A stretch of DNA of 64,000 nt from Candidatus Thalassospirochaeta sargassi (GCA_028532855.1 JAQQAL010000022.1:4844-68843); one strand, 5' to 3'. Shown: positions 26,687 through 37,930, counted from the first letter of the stretch. The notes: a model not told the origin generated them from the sequence alone. Made by a program: numbers and translations.

Positions 26687-28327
26687 ATGAACTATTCCAA
26701 CATAAAAACTATACCGGATTTTTTTTATGAGTGCACGGCAAGATATTCAAAACGTGATTCGCTCTCGTTCATCGATGAAACGCCTCTAACATATAAAGAT
26801 GTTTTTAATCATGCAACATTTTTATCAAAAAAGCTTAAACAGGACGGATTGAAAACAGGAGAGAAGGTCGCTATTTTAAGTGAGAATTCACCAAGCTGGG
26901 TAATTGCATATTTCAGCATTTCATGTGCAGGTGGGGTTATGGTTCCTATTCTTCCGGATTTTCATCAAAAAGAAGTCTTAAATATTCTTGAACATGCTGA
27001 AGTTTCAGGAATTTTTATTTCTAAAAAACATCTGCCCAAAATTAAAGATGTTGAAGATAAATATAAAGTTATGATTCTTGAAGAATTATTCCAGAATGTA
27101 GATTTTTCATCTATTGAAGAAGAATCGCTTAAAGAGAGAGAAGTATTAGCACAACCTGAAGACCTTGCCTGTATCATTTACACGTCAGGAACAACCGGTT
27201 CATCTAAAGGAGTAATGCTTTCTCACCGGAATATTATCAGTAATGTCCTCGGAAGCAGACATATACCTCCGCTCAGACATTATGACAGAGCCCTTTCAGT
27301 CTTACCTCTGGCCCACACCTATGAGGGAACGCTGGGTCTTTATGTTCCTTTTTTAAGGGGAACAACTATTTTTTATCTAAAAAGACCGCCATCAACAAGT
27401 GTACTCCTTCCGGCACTTAAAAAAATCAGGCCGGGAATGATGCTCACAGTGCCTCTCTTAATGGAGAAGATTTATGCGGGAATAAAAACAACAAAAATTC
27501 AAAAAAGCAAATTGTTGTCGTTCATGTATAAAAAAGATTTTACCAGATTTATAGCAAACAGACTGATTGGAATTAGTTTGAAAAAGACATTCGGCGGAAA
27601 ACTTAGATTCTACGGAATAGGAGGAGCACCTCTTACCGAAGAAACTGAGGTGTTTTTAAGACAGGCTAAATTCCCATACGCAATTGGTTACGGTCTCACC
27701 GAAACCTCTCCCCTCTTAGCTGGAGATAACGCAAAAAATACAAAATTCCGTTCCACCGGTCGTTTTCTTTCTGAGGTAGAACATAAACTTGATCTTTCGA
27801 AAGGAAAAGACGGAGCCGGTGAAATACTTGTGCGTGGTCCCAACATAATGATGGGGTACTATAAAGATCCCGAAAAAACAAAAGACGTACTGTCGAAAGA
27901 CGGATGGTTCCGTACCGGAGACCTGGGGGCTGTTAAAAACGGATATCTCACAATAAAAGGCCGTATTAAAAATATGATTCTCGGTGCGAACGGGGAAAAT
28001 ATTTATCCGGAAAACATTGAGAATTTAATTAACAAAGAAACTTTTGTCGAAGAATGTCTGGTTTTTCACGATGAAGAAACAAAAACTCTTGTTGCTAAAA
28101 TCCATTTAAACTATGACAATTTCAGCGAGCATATTAAAAATCTTCCTAAGAGCGCAGGAGTCTTTCAGGAAGATATAAGTAATTATCTCAGTGAGATTAA
28201 AGAAAGAATCAACAATGAATTGGGACGTTTTTCTAAGGTTAATGAGGTAATGGAACAGAAAGAACCATTTATAAAAACCCCAACATTAAAGATTAAAAGA
28301 TTTCTTCACTCAAAACGCAAGGAGTAA
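26687..28327 (+). CDS. Long-chain fatty acid--CoA ligase (AMP-binding family)
   Basis: AMP-binding motif IYTSGTTGSSKGVMLSHRN; GYGLTETS; 546 aa. Confidence 0.85.
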   Translation: MNYSNIKTIPDFFYECTARYSKRDSLSFIDETPLTYKDVFNHATFLSKKLKQDGLKTGEKVAILSENSPSWVIAYFSISCAGGVMVPILPDFHQKEVLNILEHAEVSGIFISKKHLPKIKDVEDKYKVMILEELFQNVDFSSIEEESLKEREVLAQPEDLACIIYTSGTTGSSKGVMLSHRNIISNVLGSRHIPPLRHYDRALSVLPLAHTYEGTLGLYVPFLRGTTIFYLKRPPSTSVLLPALKKIRPGMMLTVPLLMEKIYAGIKTTKIQKSKLLSFMYKKDFTRFIANRLIGISLKKTFGGKLRFYGIGGAPLTEETEVFLRQAKFPYAIGYGLTETSPLLAGDNAKNTKFRSTGRFLSEVEHKLDLSKGKDGAGEILVRGPNIMMGYYKDPEKTKDVLSKDGWFRTGDLGAVKNGYLTIKGRIKNMILGANGENIYPENIENLINKETFVEECLVFHDEETKTLVAKIHLNYDNFSEHIKNLPKSAGVFQEDISNYLSEIKERINNELGRFSKVNEVMEQKEPFIKTPTLKIKRFLHSKRKE

Positions 28328-28906
28328 ATGACTATTCAGTAATTAAAAATAATCTACTCATCAGTGATATTCCTTTTATTCAGTGTAAAAAAATTTCGCA
28401 GACAGTGAGCTCCTCGGAGCCGGACTGTACTCGATTATCGGCAGCGGCAGTGCAATGACATTAAAAAAAATATTATTCTGATGACTAGCTTTTCTCCTGG
28501 GTGCTATCTGATTGTATAAGAGACGGGTATCAGATAAACAATAAATTGTAGTTCCGACGTTAATGTAAGTGCATATCGCCTATGTGCAGTTATTATTCAT
28601 CTGTTAGAAACAAGTTTGGTTATATACAAAAATAAAAAAATTTACTTTTGCAGCTCTGCCGATATTTATATTAGCAGTGTGTTCTATTTTTCTGAACCTA
28701 GTGGTAAAATGAAGAAAATCTGTTCAATTTTGAGGAAGATTCAGCAGATCCGATAGTATTGGTCAGAGTCATTAAATCTGTAACATGAGCGTCAGGTTTA
28801 AATGCTCCACAATCTACCAAATGAGCGCCATTAAACAGCTGAATCATCTAATGAATCCTTTTTCCTATTGTCATATTCTCATTCAGAGGCTTCTTCATCC
28901 GGTTGC

Positions 28907-29023
28907 AGCATTCAGATAAGTTCCGAAAATGCTGCTGCAGAAGCGTTCTTCAAAAGCTTGAAACTTGAACAAATTTGGAAGAATAAATACAAGCTCCTTG
29001 CTGAAACTTGTATTAGAGGATAG
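28907..29023 (+). pseudogene. Remnant of an IS3-family transposase (OrfB C-terminal fragment)
   Basis: The translation ..SENAAAEAFFKSLKLEQIWKNKYKLLAETCIRG* matches the IS3 OrfB C-terminal ..DNAxAESFFxxLKxE.. block. The upstream frame is degenerate. Confidence 0.5.
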
Positions 29024-29193
29024 ACCTTTGTCTAATTAAAGGTATCCATAAATCTGAGAGGGTTCTAACTTGATGAAGTCTGAAGTGAAAATTTTACCTT
29101 CTTCAGGTGTTTTTATAGTTTTATAAGTATCTTTTTAAATAGCCGTTTTATAATTCAAATATTACTTTATAAATAAGATACAGGGGGTAAATA

Positions 29194-29865
29194 ATGAAAA
29201 ATGAATTTACAAGCAAACGGCTATTGAGTGATGATTTAAATAAAAAGAAAGCTGATTTCACAGCTACAGCTTCGACTGAAATAAAAAAAATCTATGCTGA
29301 TGGACTTAAATCTGTTAGAGATGATAAAATTGTTGAAAAAGCACTGAAGGTAGGTGATACTGCAATTAATTTTACTCTGAAGAATGCTGTAGGTGATTCT
29401 GTCACTTTATATGAAAAACTTGCAGAAGGACCAGTTATTCTCATGTGGTATCGAGGGGGCTGGTGCCCATATTGTAATTTTACACTTCATCATATGCAGG
29501 AGTATCTATCAGAGTTTTCTAAATATAACGCTGCATTAATTGCGCTAACCCCTGAGGTACCTGATAAATCAATGTCATCTATAGAAAAACACGATCTGAA
29601 ATTTGAAGTTTTGAGTGATCTAGACAATAATATTGCATCTGAATATAAGGTCGTTTTTAAATTAACCGATGATGTAGCAGGTGTATATGAGGATAAATTC
29701 GGGCTAAGTGCTTATAATGGAAATAATAAAGCTGAATTACCGCTGGCTGCTACATATGTAATAGATACAGATAAAATAATTAAATATGCTTTTTTAGATG
29801 CTGATTATAGAAAGAGGGCTGAACCATCAGATATTGTTAAGTTCCTTAAAAATAATCTTCAGTAA
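29194..29865 (+). CDS. Thioredoxin-fold redoxin/peroxiredoxin-like protein
   Basis: WYRGGWCPYCN (CxxC) in an AhpC/TSA-redoxin-like context; 223 aa. Confidence 0.55.
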   Translation: MKNEFTSKRLLSDDLNKKKADFTATASTEIKKIYADGLKSVRDDKIVEKALKVGDTAINFTLKNAVGDSVTLYEKLAEGPVILMWYRGGWCPYCNFTLHHMQEYLSEFSKYNAALIALTPEVPDKSMSSIEKHDLKFEVLSDLDNNIASEYKVVFKLTDDVAGVYEDKFGLSAYNGNNKAELPLAATYVIDTDKIIKYAFLDADYRKRAEPSDIVKFLKNNLQ

Positions 29866-29986
29866 AAAGCGACAAAACTTTGATGCTTTAAATCCTGTGT
29901 TCGAGATATAGTCAGGAAAAAATAGTCTTTAATATTTTTAACTGGTATAATTAATAGTTATCATTTTTTTTGTAAGAGGAGATATA

Positions 29987-30988
29987 GTGAAAAATAAGGA
30001 ATATAAAGCTTACGTAGTGAATGAAGAAGAGCATAATTACATTGGTAAAATTACCAAGAAGAAAATTGATAGTCTGCAGGAGGGAGAGCTTCTGGTTAAG
30101 GTATATTACTCCTCCTTAAATTATAAAGATGCTTTATCTGCTTCTGGAAACAAGGGGGTTACCAAAGAATATCCTCATACTCCCGGTATAGATGCTGCGG
30201 GAGTAGTCGTAAGTTCAAAAGATAAAAGCTTCAGTATAGACGACAAGGTAATAGTTACAAGTTACGACCTCGGTATGAATACTAATGGAGGATTTGCTGA
30301 ATACATACAGGTCCCTTCAAAATGGGCTTTAAAATTGCCTGAAAAATTATCCATGAAGGAAGCAATGATTTTTGGAACTGCAGGGTTGACAGCGGGAATA
30401 TCAGTATTGAGACTTACAGAATTAGTTAAGCCTGAAGAAGGGAGTATTATAGTTTCCGGCGCAACAGGAGGAGTCGGTAGCCTGAGTATAGCTATTCTGA
30501 ATAAGCTAGGCTATTCAGTCACGGCTATTACAGGAAAAGAAATAGAAGAGAAATATTTATTAGAACTTGGTGCAAATGAAATCATATTGAGAAAAGATTT
30601 TGAAGGTTTAGATAAAAAGCCATTATTAAAGCCACTGTATGCAGGTGCGATTGATACAGTAGGCGGATTGATTCTGGAAAATATAATTAAGTCCATCAAG
30701 CAAAATGGTGCAGTTACATGCTGTGGTAATGTTGCCTCTGCAAAATTGGATTTAACAGTTTTTCCTTTTATTCTACGGGGAGTAACATTGATAGGTGTTG
30801 ACTCACAGAATTTACCAATGATATCCAGAGAGAAGGTATGGGAAAAATTAGCATCAGATTGGAAGCCTCTCAGCTTACTGGATTCTTACGATGAGATTTC
30901 TCTTGATGATATTGATCAAAAAATATCATTGATGCTTCAAGGAAAGCTTAAGGGGCGAACCATTATAAACGTGAATAAAAAAGCATAA
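29987..30988 (+). CDS. MDR-family NADPH:quinone/acrylyl-CoA reductase (YhdH/AcuI type)
   Basis: Hallmark VYYSSLNYKDALSASGNKGVTKEYPHTPGIDAAG; GATGGVGS Rossmann motif. Confidence 0.8.
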   Translation: MKNKEYKAYVVNEEEHNYIGKITKKKIDSLQEGELLVKVYYSSLNYKDALSASGNKGVTKEYPHTPGIDAAGVVVSSKDKSFSIDDKVIVTSYDLGMNTNGGFAEYIQVPSKWALKLPEKLSMKEAMIFGTAGLTAGISVLRLTELVKPEEGSIIVSGATGGVGSLSIAILNKLGYSVTAITGKEIEEKYLLELGANEIILRKDFEGLDKKPLLKPLYAGAIDTVGGLILENIIKSIKQNGAVTCCGNVASAKLDLTVFPFILRGVTLIGVDSQNLPMISREKVWEKLASDWKPLSLLDSYDEISLDDIDQKISLMLQGKLKGRTIINVNKKA

Positions 30989-31201
30989 TTATACATCTGG
31001 TAGATAATGCTCAGGAGTGAAATAGTAAAAGCTATATATAGGCATAGTATAATGTTGGACGTTGTTTTAATCTAATGATAAATTGTGGGTGAATACAGTC
31101 AAAAACCATGTTATGATATTATTGAAAAAAATGGAGCTTTAAAAGTTAAATTATCAGAATACTTATAGAGTGTCCCAAATAGTAAAGGACAGGGGGTAAT
31201 T

Positions 31202-31585
31202 ATGCCTGAATTTGGAAATCCATTCAGTGTAATGGATAGTGAGAGAAAATTGAATGATGAGGAACTTGTTCGAGCCATCAGAATGATGATAGCAGCCGAG
31301 TATGAGGCGATACAGCTATATCAACAATTAGCAGCTTCCACCGATAATACTCTTGCAAAGAATGTTCTCATCGATATAGCGGACGAGGAAAAAGTTCATG
31401 CTGGTGAATTCCTGAGATTACTCAGAGAGTTGGATCCAGAGGAAGAGGGCTTCTATAATGAAGGAGCACAGGAAGTGGAGGAAGAATTTCTGGGAGCAGC
31501 GGCTGTTGATGGAGGAGCTTCTACAACTGAAGTTGGTAACGGAACTTTTTCCGGAGGTTTAGGAATAGGAAGTCTTAAGAAATAA
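31202..31585 (+). CDS. Encapsulated ferritin-like protein (EncFtn/Flp cargo) with a C-terminal encapsulin targeting peptide
   Basis: Ferritin-like EYEAIQLYQQL...EEKVHAGEF. C-terminus GGLGIGSLKK matches the family-1 cargo-loading peptide (LGIGSLK). Directly upstream of the shell gene. Confidence 0.8.
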   Translation: MPEFGNPFSVMDSERKLNDEELVRAIRMMIAAEYEAIQLYQQLAASTDNTLAKNVLIDIADEEKVHAGEFLRLLRELDPEEEGFYNEGAQEVEEEFLGAAAVDGGASTTEVGNGTFSGGLGIGSLKK

Positions 31586-31601
31586 GGCAAAGGAAAAAAA
31601 G

Positions 31602-32399
31602 ATGGATATATTGAAAAAAAATCTAGCTCCAATCAGCGATTTGGCGTGGAGTGAGATAGATGAGATGGCAAAGAATACACTGGTCGCAAATCTTTCGGCA
31701 CGTAAATTCCTTGATTTTGACGGCCCCCATGGGTTCAGCTATACAAGCATCAACCTTGGTAGACTATCAATGGGGGAGAGTCCTGATAAAAATGGCGTCA
31801 AATATGGTATTTATAATATTCAGCCCCTAGTTGAATCTAGAGTGAATTTTTCACTTAAAACCTGGGAATTGGATAATATTGAACGGGGTGCCAAGGATAT
31901 TTCACTGGATTCATTGGTTGAAGCGACTAAAAAGATTGCATCCTTTGAAGAAAGTGCTATTTATAATGGATTCGAAGTCGGAGGCATTAAAGGAATACAC
32001 GAATTATCCGGTGGTAACACTATTAAGATGGATTTAGATAATGATTCGATACTTGACTCTCTGACCGAGGCTCAAACACGAATGCAATCAGAGGGCGTGG
32101 ATGGTAACTGTAATTTAATTGTGAATCCAGCACTCTGGAAATTCCTTGGTCGCGTAAGTCCCGGCGGTTCTCTAAAAACACTTGTGGAGAAACAGATTGG
32201 CGGTAGTGTTATTTATTCTGATGCCGTGACTGGAGCTTTGCTTATGTCTTCTCGCGGTGGAGATGCGGAAATTATAGTAGGACAGGATATGTCAATTGGT
32301 TATGATCATCATACATCTGATGAAGTTTTTCTATTTTTAACGGAATCTTTTACTTTCAGAGTGATATCACCTGAAGCAATAGTTTCATTTAAAATTTAA
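31602..32399 (+). CDS. Family 1 encapsulin nanocompartment shell protein (linocin M18-like)
   Basis: Collinear with T. maritima encapsulin: LAPISD..W.EID, DFDGPHG, TWELDNIERG, SSRGGDAEIIVGQDMSIGY, FLTESFTFRVISPEAIV. Confidence 0.9.
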   Translation: MDILKKNLAPISDLAWSEIDEMAKNTLVANLSARKFLDFDGPHGFSYTSINLGRLSMGESPDKNGVKYGIYNIQPLVESRVNFSLKTWELDNIERGAKDISLDSLVEATKKIASFEESAIYNGFEVGGIKGIHELSGGNTIKMDLDNDSILDSLTEAQTRMQSEGVDGNCNLIVNPALWKFLGRVSPGGSLKTLVEKQIGGSVIYSDAVTGALLMSSRGGDAEIIVGQDMSIGYDHHTSDEVFLFLTESFTFRVISPEAIVSFKI

Positions 32400-32452
32400 G
32401 CAATAAGCAGTATTTTAAAGGGCTGCTATTATTGTGGCCTTTTTTTCTAAAA

Positions 32453-32483
32453 TATAAAAAAGCCCGGGATTTAACACCGGGCT
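32453..32483 (-). terminator. Rho-independent terminator of the ilvBN-leuA-cimA operon
   Basis: On the minus strand: AAAGCCCGG-tgttaaatc-CCGGGCTTTTTT. Confidence 0.7.
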
Positions 32484-32512
32484 TTAACAATTAGTATTGT
32501 ATAATCTGAGAA

Positions 32513-34072
32513 TCAATCATCAATCTTGTTGTAATAATACTCAAAACTGTCTATCAGGGCTTCCCATGAAGCCTCAACGATATTTTCGGATACGCCTACC
32601 GTATCCCAGGTGTGCTCATGATCAGAGGATGTTATAAAAACCCTTACCTTTGCGGCAGACGCCTGCTCCGGATTTAAAACACGTACCTTATAGTCTACCA
32701 GAGTAATCCGGTTAATAAATGGGTGAAAGGGCAGTAGTGCATCTCTGAGTGCCATATCAAGCGTACCGACAGGCCCTATATCGTTGCCGGCCCCCATAAT
32801 CCGTTTACCGTCGGCTTCAAGGAAAATACGCCCTGTGGTCTTTGATGCGAATCCGCCGGTTTTAAATGATTCAAGATGATAATTATTAAGTTCGGCGATT
32901 CTCTTATATTTACCCAGCTGTTTTCGGACAAGAAGATCGAAGGATGCTTCGGCTGCCTCGTATTCGTAACCGGCATTTTCTTTTTGTTTGAGTTCTTCGA
33001 TAATTGCCTTAACCTCGGGTGATTTTTTATCATATGAGCCGTATTTATCAAGCTTCTTTACGATGGTAGATTTACCGGCAAGCTCAGATACCAGGATCCT
33101 TCTGGTATTTCCAATAGCCTCACCGGATAAATGCTCCATAAGTTCCGGGGCTTTGGATATAACATCGGCATGCTGGCCGGCTTTATGACTGAATGCTGCC
33201 TCGCCGACGTAGGGAGCCCTCTTGTTTGGAATGATGTTGGCCTTTTCCGCGACAAAGCGAGAGAGGGATGTGAGCTCGGTAAGTTTCGGAGAAATCGCAA
33301 CATCAAAATCTGTTTTAAAGGCAATATTAGGAGCAATTGAGCAGAGGTTGGCGTTTCCGCATCTTTCACCCCAGCCATTAATTGTTCCCTGAATATGTAC
33401 AGCCCCCCTATCAAGGCTGCAGACCGAATTAGCAACAGCAGTGCCGCAGTCATCGTGAAAATGAACACCAAGGGGAGCCAGCTCAGCCTGTGGCAGTTCG
33501 CCAATAATCTTCATGACCTCGCCCGGAAGGGTCCCGCCGTTTGTGTCACAGAGAATCAGTCCATCTGCGCCTGCCTCAGTTCCGGCTTTCATTATTTCAA
33601 GGACAAACTCAGGTGCATCCTTGTAGCCGTCGAAGAAGTGCTCAAGGTCAAGGAATACCTCGTCCGTATGCTTCTTACAGAATGCTACGGATTCGATAAT
33701 CATTCGCAGATTTTCCTTTTCACTGGTATTAATAACCTTTTCAACATGTGCTTTCCAGGATTTGCCGACAATTGTGATGGCGGGCATTTCTGTTTTGATC
33801 ATGGCGTTAAGGGCCGGATCAGTCTCAGCATTACCTCCCGGAGCCATTGTAGATCCGAAGGCGACTACCTTGGCATGTTCGAGGTTTTCTTTTTTGATAG
33901 CTTCGAAAAATGCAGCTTCCTTTTCATTCGAGTAGGGGAAACCACCCTCAATGTAATCTATTCCAATATCATCAAGCGCTTTCGCAATCTGTATTTTATC
34001 TTCAAGAGTGAAATTAACCTCTATTCCCTGCATTCCGTCGCGCAGGGTGGTATCGTATAAATCTACTTTCAT
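32513..34072 (-). CDS. cimA: (R)-citramalate synthase / 2-isopropylmalate synthase family (CimA-type with LeuA-dimer C-terminus)
   Basis: MKVDLYDTTLRDGMQG...; HFHDDCGTAVANS. Start set at Met23 of the track ORF (RBS GGAG upstream). Confidence 0.8.
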   Translation of the reverse strand: MKVDLYDTTLRDGMQGIEVNFTLEDKIQIAKALDDIGIDYIEGGFPYSNEKEAAFFEAIKKENLEHAKVVAFGSTMAPGGNAETDPALNAMIKTEMPAITIVGKSWKAHVEKVINTSEKENLRMIIESVAFCKKHTDEVFLDLEHFFDGYKDAPEFVLEIMKAGTEAGADGLILCDTNGGTLPGEVMKIIGELPQAELAPLGVHFHDDCGTAVANSVCSLDRGAVHIQGTINGWGERCGNANLCSIAPNIAFKTDFDVAISPKLTELTSLSRFVAEKANIIPNKRAPYVGEAAFSHKAGQHADVISKAPELMEHLSGEAIGNTRRILVSELAGKSTIVKKLDKYGSYDKKSPEVKAIIEELKQKENAGYEYEAAEASFDLLVRKQLGKYKRIAELNNYHLESFKTGGFASKTTGRIFLEADGKRIMGAGNDIGPVGTLDMALRDALLPFHPFINRITLVDYKVRVLNPEQASAAKVRVFITSSDHEHTWDTVGVSENIVEASWEALIDSFEYYYNKIDD

Positions 34073-34073
34073 T

Positions 34074-35594
34074 CTAAGCTCCGGCGTTTTCCAAAGCGAG
34101 CTTATAACGGTTAAGCGCGCTGATATAGGCTCTGGCACTGGCTTTCAGTATGTCAGTAGACGAGCCTTTTCCGTTGTAAACATTGCCCTTGATATTGACA
34201 ACAACAGATACCTCACCAATTGCCTGCTTACCGGCGGTTATTGCATTTACATGGAATTCTTCGAGCCTGCCGGTTAGACCTGTCGCCTTGTCGATAGCCT
34301 GGAAAATAGCTGAAATAGGCCCGTCACCGGTGGCCGCTTCTTCAGTAGCCTCATCTTTGAATTTAATTCTGACAGTAGCTGTGGGAATTGCAGCGTTTCC
34401 TGAGGTTACGTTGAAGTAATCGAGTTCAAAGAATAATGATTTTTTACCCAGAACAGAACCGGCAATCTGGAGAATATCCTCATCAAACACCTCTTTCTTC
34501 CGGTCAGCAAGGCTCAGAAAAACCTTGAACGCGTTTCCAATCTGCTCCTCATTAAGTGTAAGACCGAGCTCTTTGACTCTCTTTGAGAAGCCATGAAGGC
34601 CTGAATGACGACCGAGGATAATCTCGGAATCTTCACGACCAACAGACTCCGGAGTCATAATCTCATATGTTTCTCTGTGAGAAAGCATTCCGTGCTGATG
34701 AATACCTGATTCATGTGAGAAAGCATTGGCTCCGGTAATAGGTTTATTTCTAGGAATAGGGGATGCGATAATAGTTGAGAGCATCTTGGACGTGTAGAAA
34801 AGCTGTTTCGTATCTATGTTTGTCTCAATTTCATGAAGATCTTTTCTTACCTCAAGAGCCATTACAAGTTCTTCAAGTGCAGCATTTCCAGCACGTTCGC
34901 CTATACCATTCATTGAAACCTCAGCCTGTCCGGCTCCGTTCTTAATAGCCGAAAGAGTATTTGCAACACCCATACCGAGGTCATTGTGGTTGTGCGTACT
35001 TAAGATGGCTTTATCAATATTGGGAACGTTATTCATGATTGATGAAAAAATATGACCTATTTCATCCGGCATTGTGTATCCAACTGTATCGGGAACATTA
35101 ATAACGGTTGCACCGGCATCAATAACGGCCTCAATGATTCTATAGAGGAACTCAAGCTCGGACCTTGTCCCGTCCTCGGGGGAAAACTCTACCTGTGCAA
35201 ATTTATTCCTTGCATAAGTTACCGCCTTGACTGCATTTTCAACAACCTGGTCGGGAGTCATTTTAAGTTTGTATTCCATATGAATGGGTGATGTTGCAAT
35301 AAAGGTATGCAGTCTTGAGGTTTCAGCGCCTTTTAACGCACCATGAACAGCATCTATATCTTTTTCAACAGCTCGTGCAAGCCCTGCAATTACAGATCCC
35401 TTAACATTGTCCGCAATTAGTTTGCATGCTTCAAACTGCTGTGGTGAAGAAACAGGGAAACCTGCTTCAATGACATCAACACCTAGTCTTGAGAGCTGAA
35501 GCCCAAACTCGTATTTTTGCTCAATAGTCATCGATGCGCCGGGCGCCTGTTCTCCATCCCTGAGGGTAGTATCGAATATCTCAATTTTTCTCAT
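34074..35594 (-). CDS. leuA: 2-isopropylmalate synthase
   Basis: [23 protein letters not shown]...; [12 protein letters not shown]. Start set at the internal Met 14 nt downstream of the ilvN stop. Confidence 0.85.
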   Translation of the reverse strand: MRKIEIFDTTLRDGEQAPGASMTIEQKYEFGLQLSRLGVDVIEAGFPVSSPQQFEACKLIADNVKGSVIAGLARAVEKDIDAVHGALKGAETSRLHTFIATSPIHMEYKLKMTPDQVVENAVKAVTYARNKFAQVEFSPEDGTRSELEFLYRIIEAVIDAGATVINVPDTVGYTMPDEIGHIFSSIMNNVPNIDKAILSTHNHNDLGMGVANTLSAIKNGAGQAEVSMNGIGERAGNAALEELVMALEVRKDLHEIETNIDTKQLFYTSKMLSTIIASPIPRNKPITGANAFSHESGIHQHGMLSHRETYEIMTPESVGREDSEIILGRHSGLHGFSKRVKELGLTLNEEQIGNAFKVFLSLADRKKEVFDEDILQIAGSVLGKKSLFFELDYFNVTSGNAAIPTATVRIKFKDEATEEAATGDGPISAIFQAIDKATGLTGRLEEFHVNAITAGKQAIGEVSVVVNIKGNVYNGKGSSTDILKASARAYISALNRYKLALENAGA

Positions 35595-35607
35595 ATTTGT
35601 CTCCTGT

Positions 35608-36111
35608 TTAGTCTTTGTGAGTTTTCTGCGTGGAAGATTTTTTACCCCGCTCCATTGAAACAAGACCGCTTCGCGCAATCTCGATGATATTTCCATTTAA
35701 TAGCTCAACAAAATCCTCTATTTTTTTCTCGCCGCCGGTAACCTCAAGGATCATGGTATTGTTTCCTACGTCCATTACGCTTGCTCCGAAAACCTCCGCG
35801 AGCTGGATTATCTCGCCGCGATTACCGTGAACAACTGAAATTTTGATAAGTGCAAATTGGCGGTCAAGTGTTGGTTTATGGGTAAGATCCGTTACCTTGA
35901 TCACCTCAATCAATTTGTTAAGTTGTTTTTTTATCTGATCAATTATTTCATCTTCTCCCTTGCAGACGAGGGTAATTCTTGTTATTTCAGGATCAAGGGT
36001 CGGGCCTGACGAGAAGCTTTCAACGTTATAGCCCCGGCCGGAAAGAAGCCCTGAAACTCTCGAAAGAACTCCGGCATTGTTTTCTACCAACAGTGATATT
36101 GTATGATTCAT
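35608..36111 (-). CDS. ilvN: Acetolactate synthase small (regulatory) subunit
   Basis: ACT domain ISLLVENNAGVLSRVSGLLSGRGYNVES; 167 aa. Confidence 0.85.
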   Translation of the reverse strand: MNHTISLLVENNAGVLSRVSGLLSGRGYNVESFSSGPTLDPEITRITLVCKGEDEIIDQIKKQLNKLIEVIKVTDLTHKPTLDRQFALIKISVVHGNRGEIIQLAEVFGASVMDVGNNTMILEVTGGEKKIEDFVELLNGNIIEIARSGLVSMERGKKSSTQKTHKD

Positions 36112-36114
36112 TTT

Positions 36115-37872
36115 TTACTCCTCATCCTCATTGGTACAGAAAACCATTTCTTCGAGCCCGGCCCCCGGAGGAACCATGGGGAAGACATTGGCTTCCGGTT
36201 CAATTATACAGTCTATTATAGTCGGTCCGCTTGTGTTTGCGGAGGCTTTCTCAATAGCTTCTGAAAGATCGTTGCTGTTATAGACCCTGTAGCCTGCGGC
36301 GCCGTAGGCATCGGCCAGTTTAATAAAGTCCGGAGTACCGTCGGGGGTTACTTCTGGCTGTTTTTCAAGTGTCTCAACATCGTTAAGATGGGTGGAGGAA
36401 TAGCGTTTACCATAAAACATCTCCTGCCACTGACGAACCATTCCCAGATATCCGTTGTTCAGGATGACAATTACAATTGACAACTTATTTTTTACAGCAG
36501 TAGCAAGTTCCTGAAGATTCATCTGAAATGAACCGTCGCCGGAGACTGCAATTACACGCTTATCAGGATTTGCTATCGCAGCTCCAACAGCAGCGGGGAA
36601 TCCGTACCCCATCGTGCCCAGACCGCCTGAGGTTATGAATGTCCGTGATTTTTTGAACTCCCAGTAAAGGGCCGTCCACATCTGGTTTTGGCCAACCTCA
36701 GTTGTTACAATTGCTTCCGGGAATTTTCTGTTAACTTTATTAATCACTTCAAGAGGCATCAACCGAGCCGTGGGTATTTCTGGAAGGTCTTTTCCCTCAG
36801 TCGCGTTTTTACATTTCGCAGCCTTTTTCCAATCTGCGATGATGCTGTGCCATTCGCTTCGTTCCGGTGTATCTAATAGAGGTAAAAGCTCTTCTAAAAC
36901 AAGACCGGCGTCGCCTACTATAGGAATTTCAACCGGGACATTTCGCGCAATTGCAGAGGGATCAATATCAAGATGGACTATTTTCGCATGCGGCGCGAAT
37001 TTGGCAAGATCGCCTGTAACCCTGTCGTCAAAACGAACTCCGATCCCGAAAATGAGGTCACAGCTTGAAACAGCCATATTGGCAGCATAGGTGCCGTGCA
37101 TACCGAGCATGCCGAGATTATTTTCATTATTAGTGTCTATCGCGCCGATTCCCATAAGAGAAGTGACGACGGGGATTTTTGTCTTTTTAACAATTTTTCT
37201 GAAAATATCAGAAGAATCACCTACGTTTATACCGCCGCCTGCGAATAACAGGGGTTTCTGGGCTTCATTGATTGCCGCTGCGGCTCTTTTAACCTGCCCC
37301 TTGTGTCCCTTACCGGGGGTCGAATAACCAATCAGACTGACCTTACTGGGATATGAATCCTCTATAGGCTGGGTAAAAACATCTTTTGGAACATCTATAA
37401 CGACGGGGCCTGGACGTCCGGTAGATGCAATGTGAAATGATTCCTTTAGAGTCTTGGATAGTTTTTCTCTTTCGGTAACAATATAGTTATGTTTGGTGAC
37501 GGGGCGGGTAATACCTACGACATCCGCTTCCTGAAAAGCATCATTCCCAATCATGTTGCGGGGAACCTGACCGGATATGCAGACAAGGGGCACCGAATCA
37601 AAATTGGCAGTTGCCAGTCCTGTAACGGTATTTGTGGCGCCTGGGCCGCTGGTAACAAGACATACCCCTGTTTTTCCGCTAGAACGCGCATACGCATCTG
37701 CTGCGTGAACTGCGGCCTGCTCATGCCGGGTAAGAATAACATTGATGTCGTTCGCATGAAATAGAGTATCGAATACAGGGATAACAACTCCACCGGGATA
37801 CCCGAAAATAGTATCAACACCTTCTTTGCGGAGGCATTCAATTACCATCTCTGCGCCTGTATAAACCATCAT
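36115..37872 (-). CDS. ilvB: Acetolactate synthase large subunit (TPP-dependent)
   Basis: 585 aa; GYPGG; TPP motif GDGSFQMNLQELAT; FAD/TPP domains. Confidence 0.9.
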   Translation of the reverse strand: MMVYTGAEMVIECLRKEGVDTIFGYPGGVVIPVFDTLFHANDINVILTRHEQAAVHAADAYARSSGKTGVCLVTSGPGATNTVTGLATANFDSVPLVCISGQVPRNMIGNDAFQEADVVGITRPVTKHNYIVTEREKLSKTLKESFHIASTGRPGPVVIDVPKDVFTQPIEDSYPSKVSLIGYSTPGKGHKGQVKRAAAAINEAQKPLLFAGGGINVGDSSDIFRKIVKKTKIPVVTSLMGIGAIDTNNENNLGMLGMHGTYAANMAVSSCDLIFGIGVRFDDRVTGDLAKFAPHAKIVHLDIDPSAIARNVPVEIPIVGDAGLVLEELLPLLDTPERSEWHSIIADWKKAAKCKNATEGKDLPEIPTARLMPLEVINKVNRKFPEAIVTTEVGQNQMWTALYWEFKKSRTFITSGGLGTMGYGFPAAVGAAIANPDKRVIAVSGDGSFQMNLQELATAVKNKLSIVIVILNNGYLGMVRQWQEMFYGKRYSSTHLNDVETLEKQPEVTPDGTPDFIKLADAYGAAGYRVYNSNDLSEAIEKASANTSGPTIIDCIIEPEANVFPMVPPGAGLEEMVFCTNEDEE

Positions 37873-37897
37873 TTTCTCCTTGTGTCAAAGTCAATAT

Positions 37898-37930
37898 AAA
37901 AAAAACCGTTCTTCCTGAAAGGAAGAACGG
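37898..37930 (-). terminator. Attenuator terminator in the ilvB leader
   Basis: On the minus strand: CCGTTCTTCC-tttca-GGAAGAACGG followed by T8. It ends ~25 nt before the ilvB RBS. Confidence 0.75.

Noticed and set aside
28328-29193. Large 870-bp intergenic gap as a possible ncRNA or regulatory region
   Set aside because: The region is largely explained by a decayed IS3 transposase fragment (28907..29023) and AT-rich debris. I saw no convincing conserved RNA structure.
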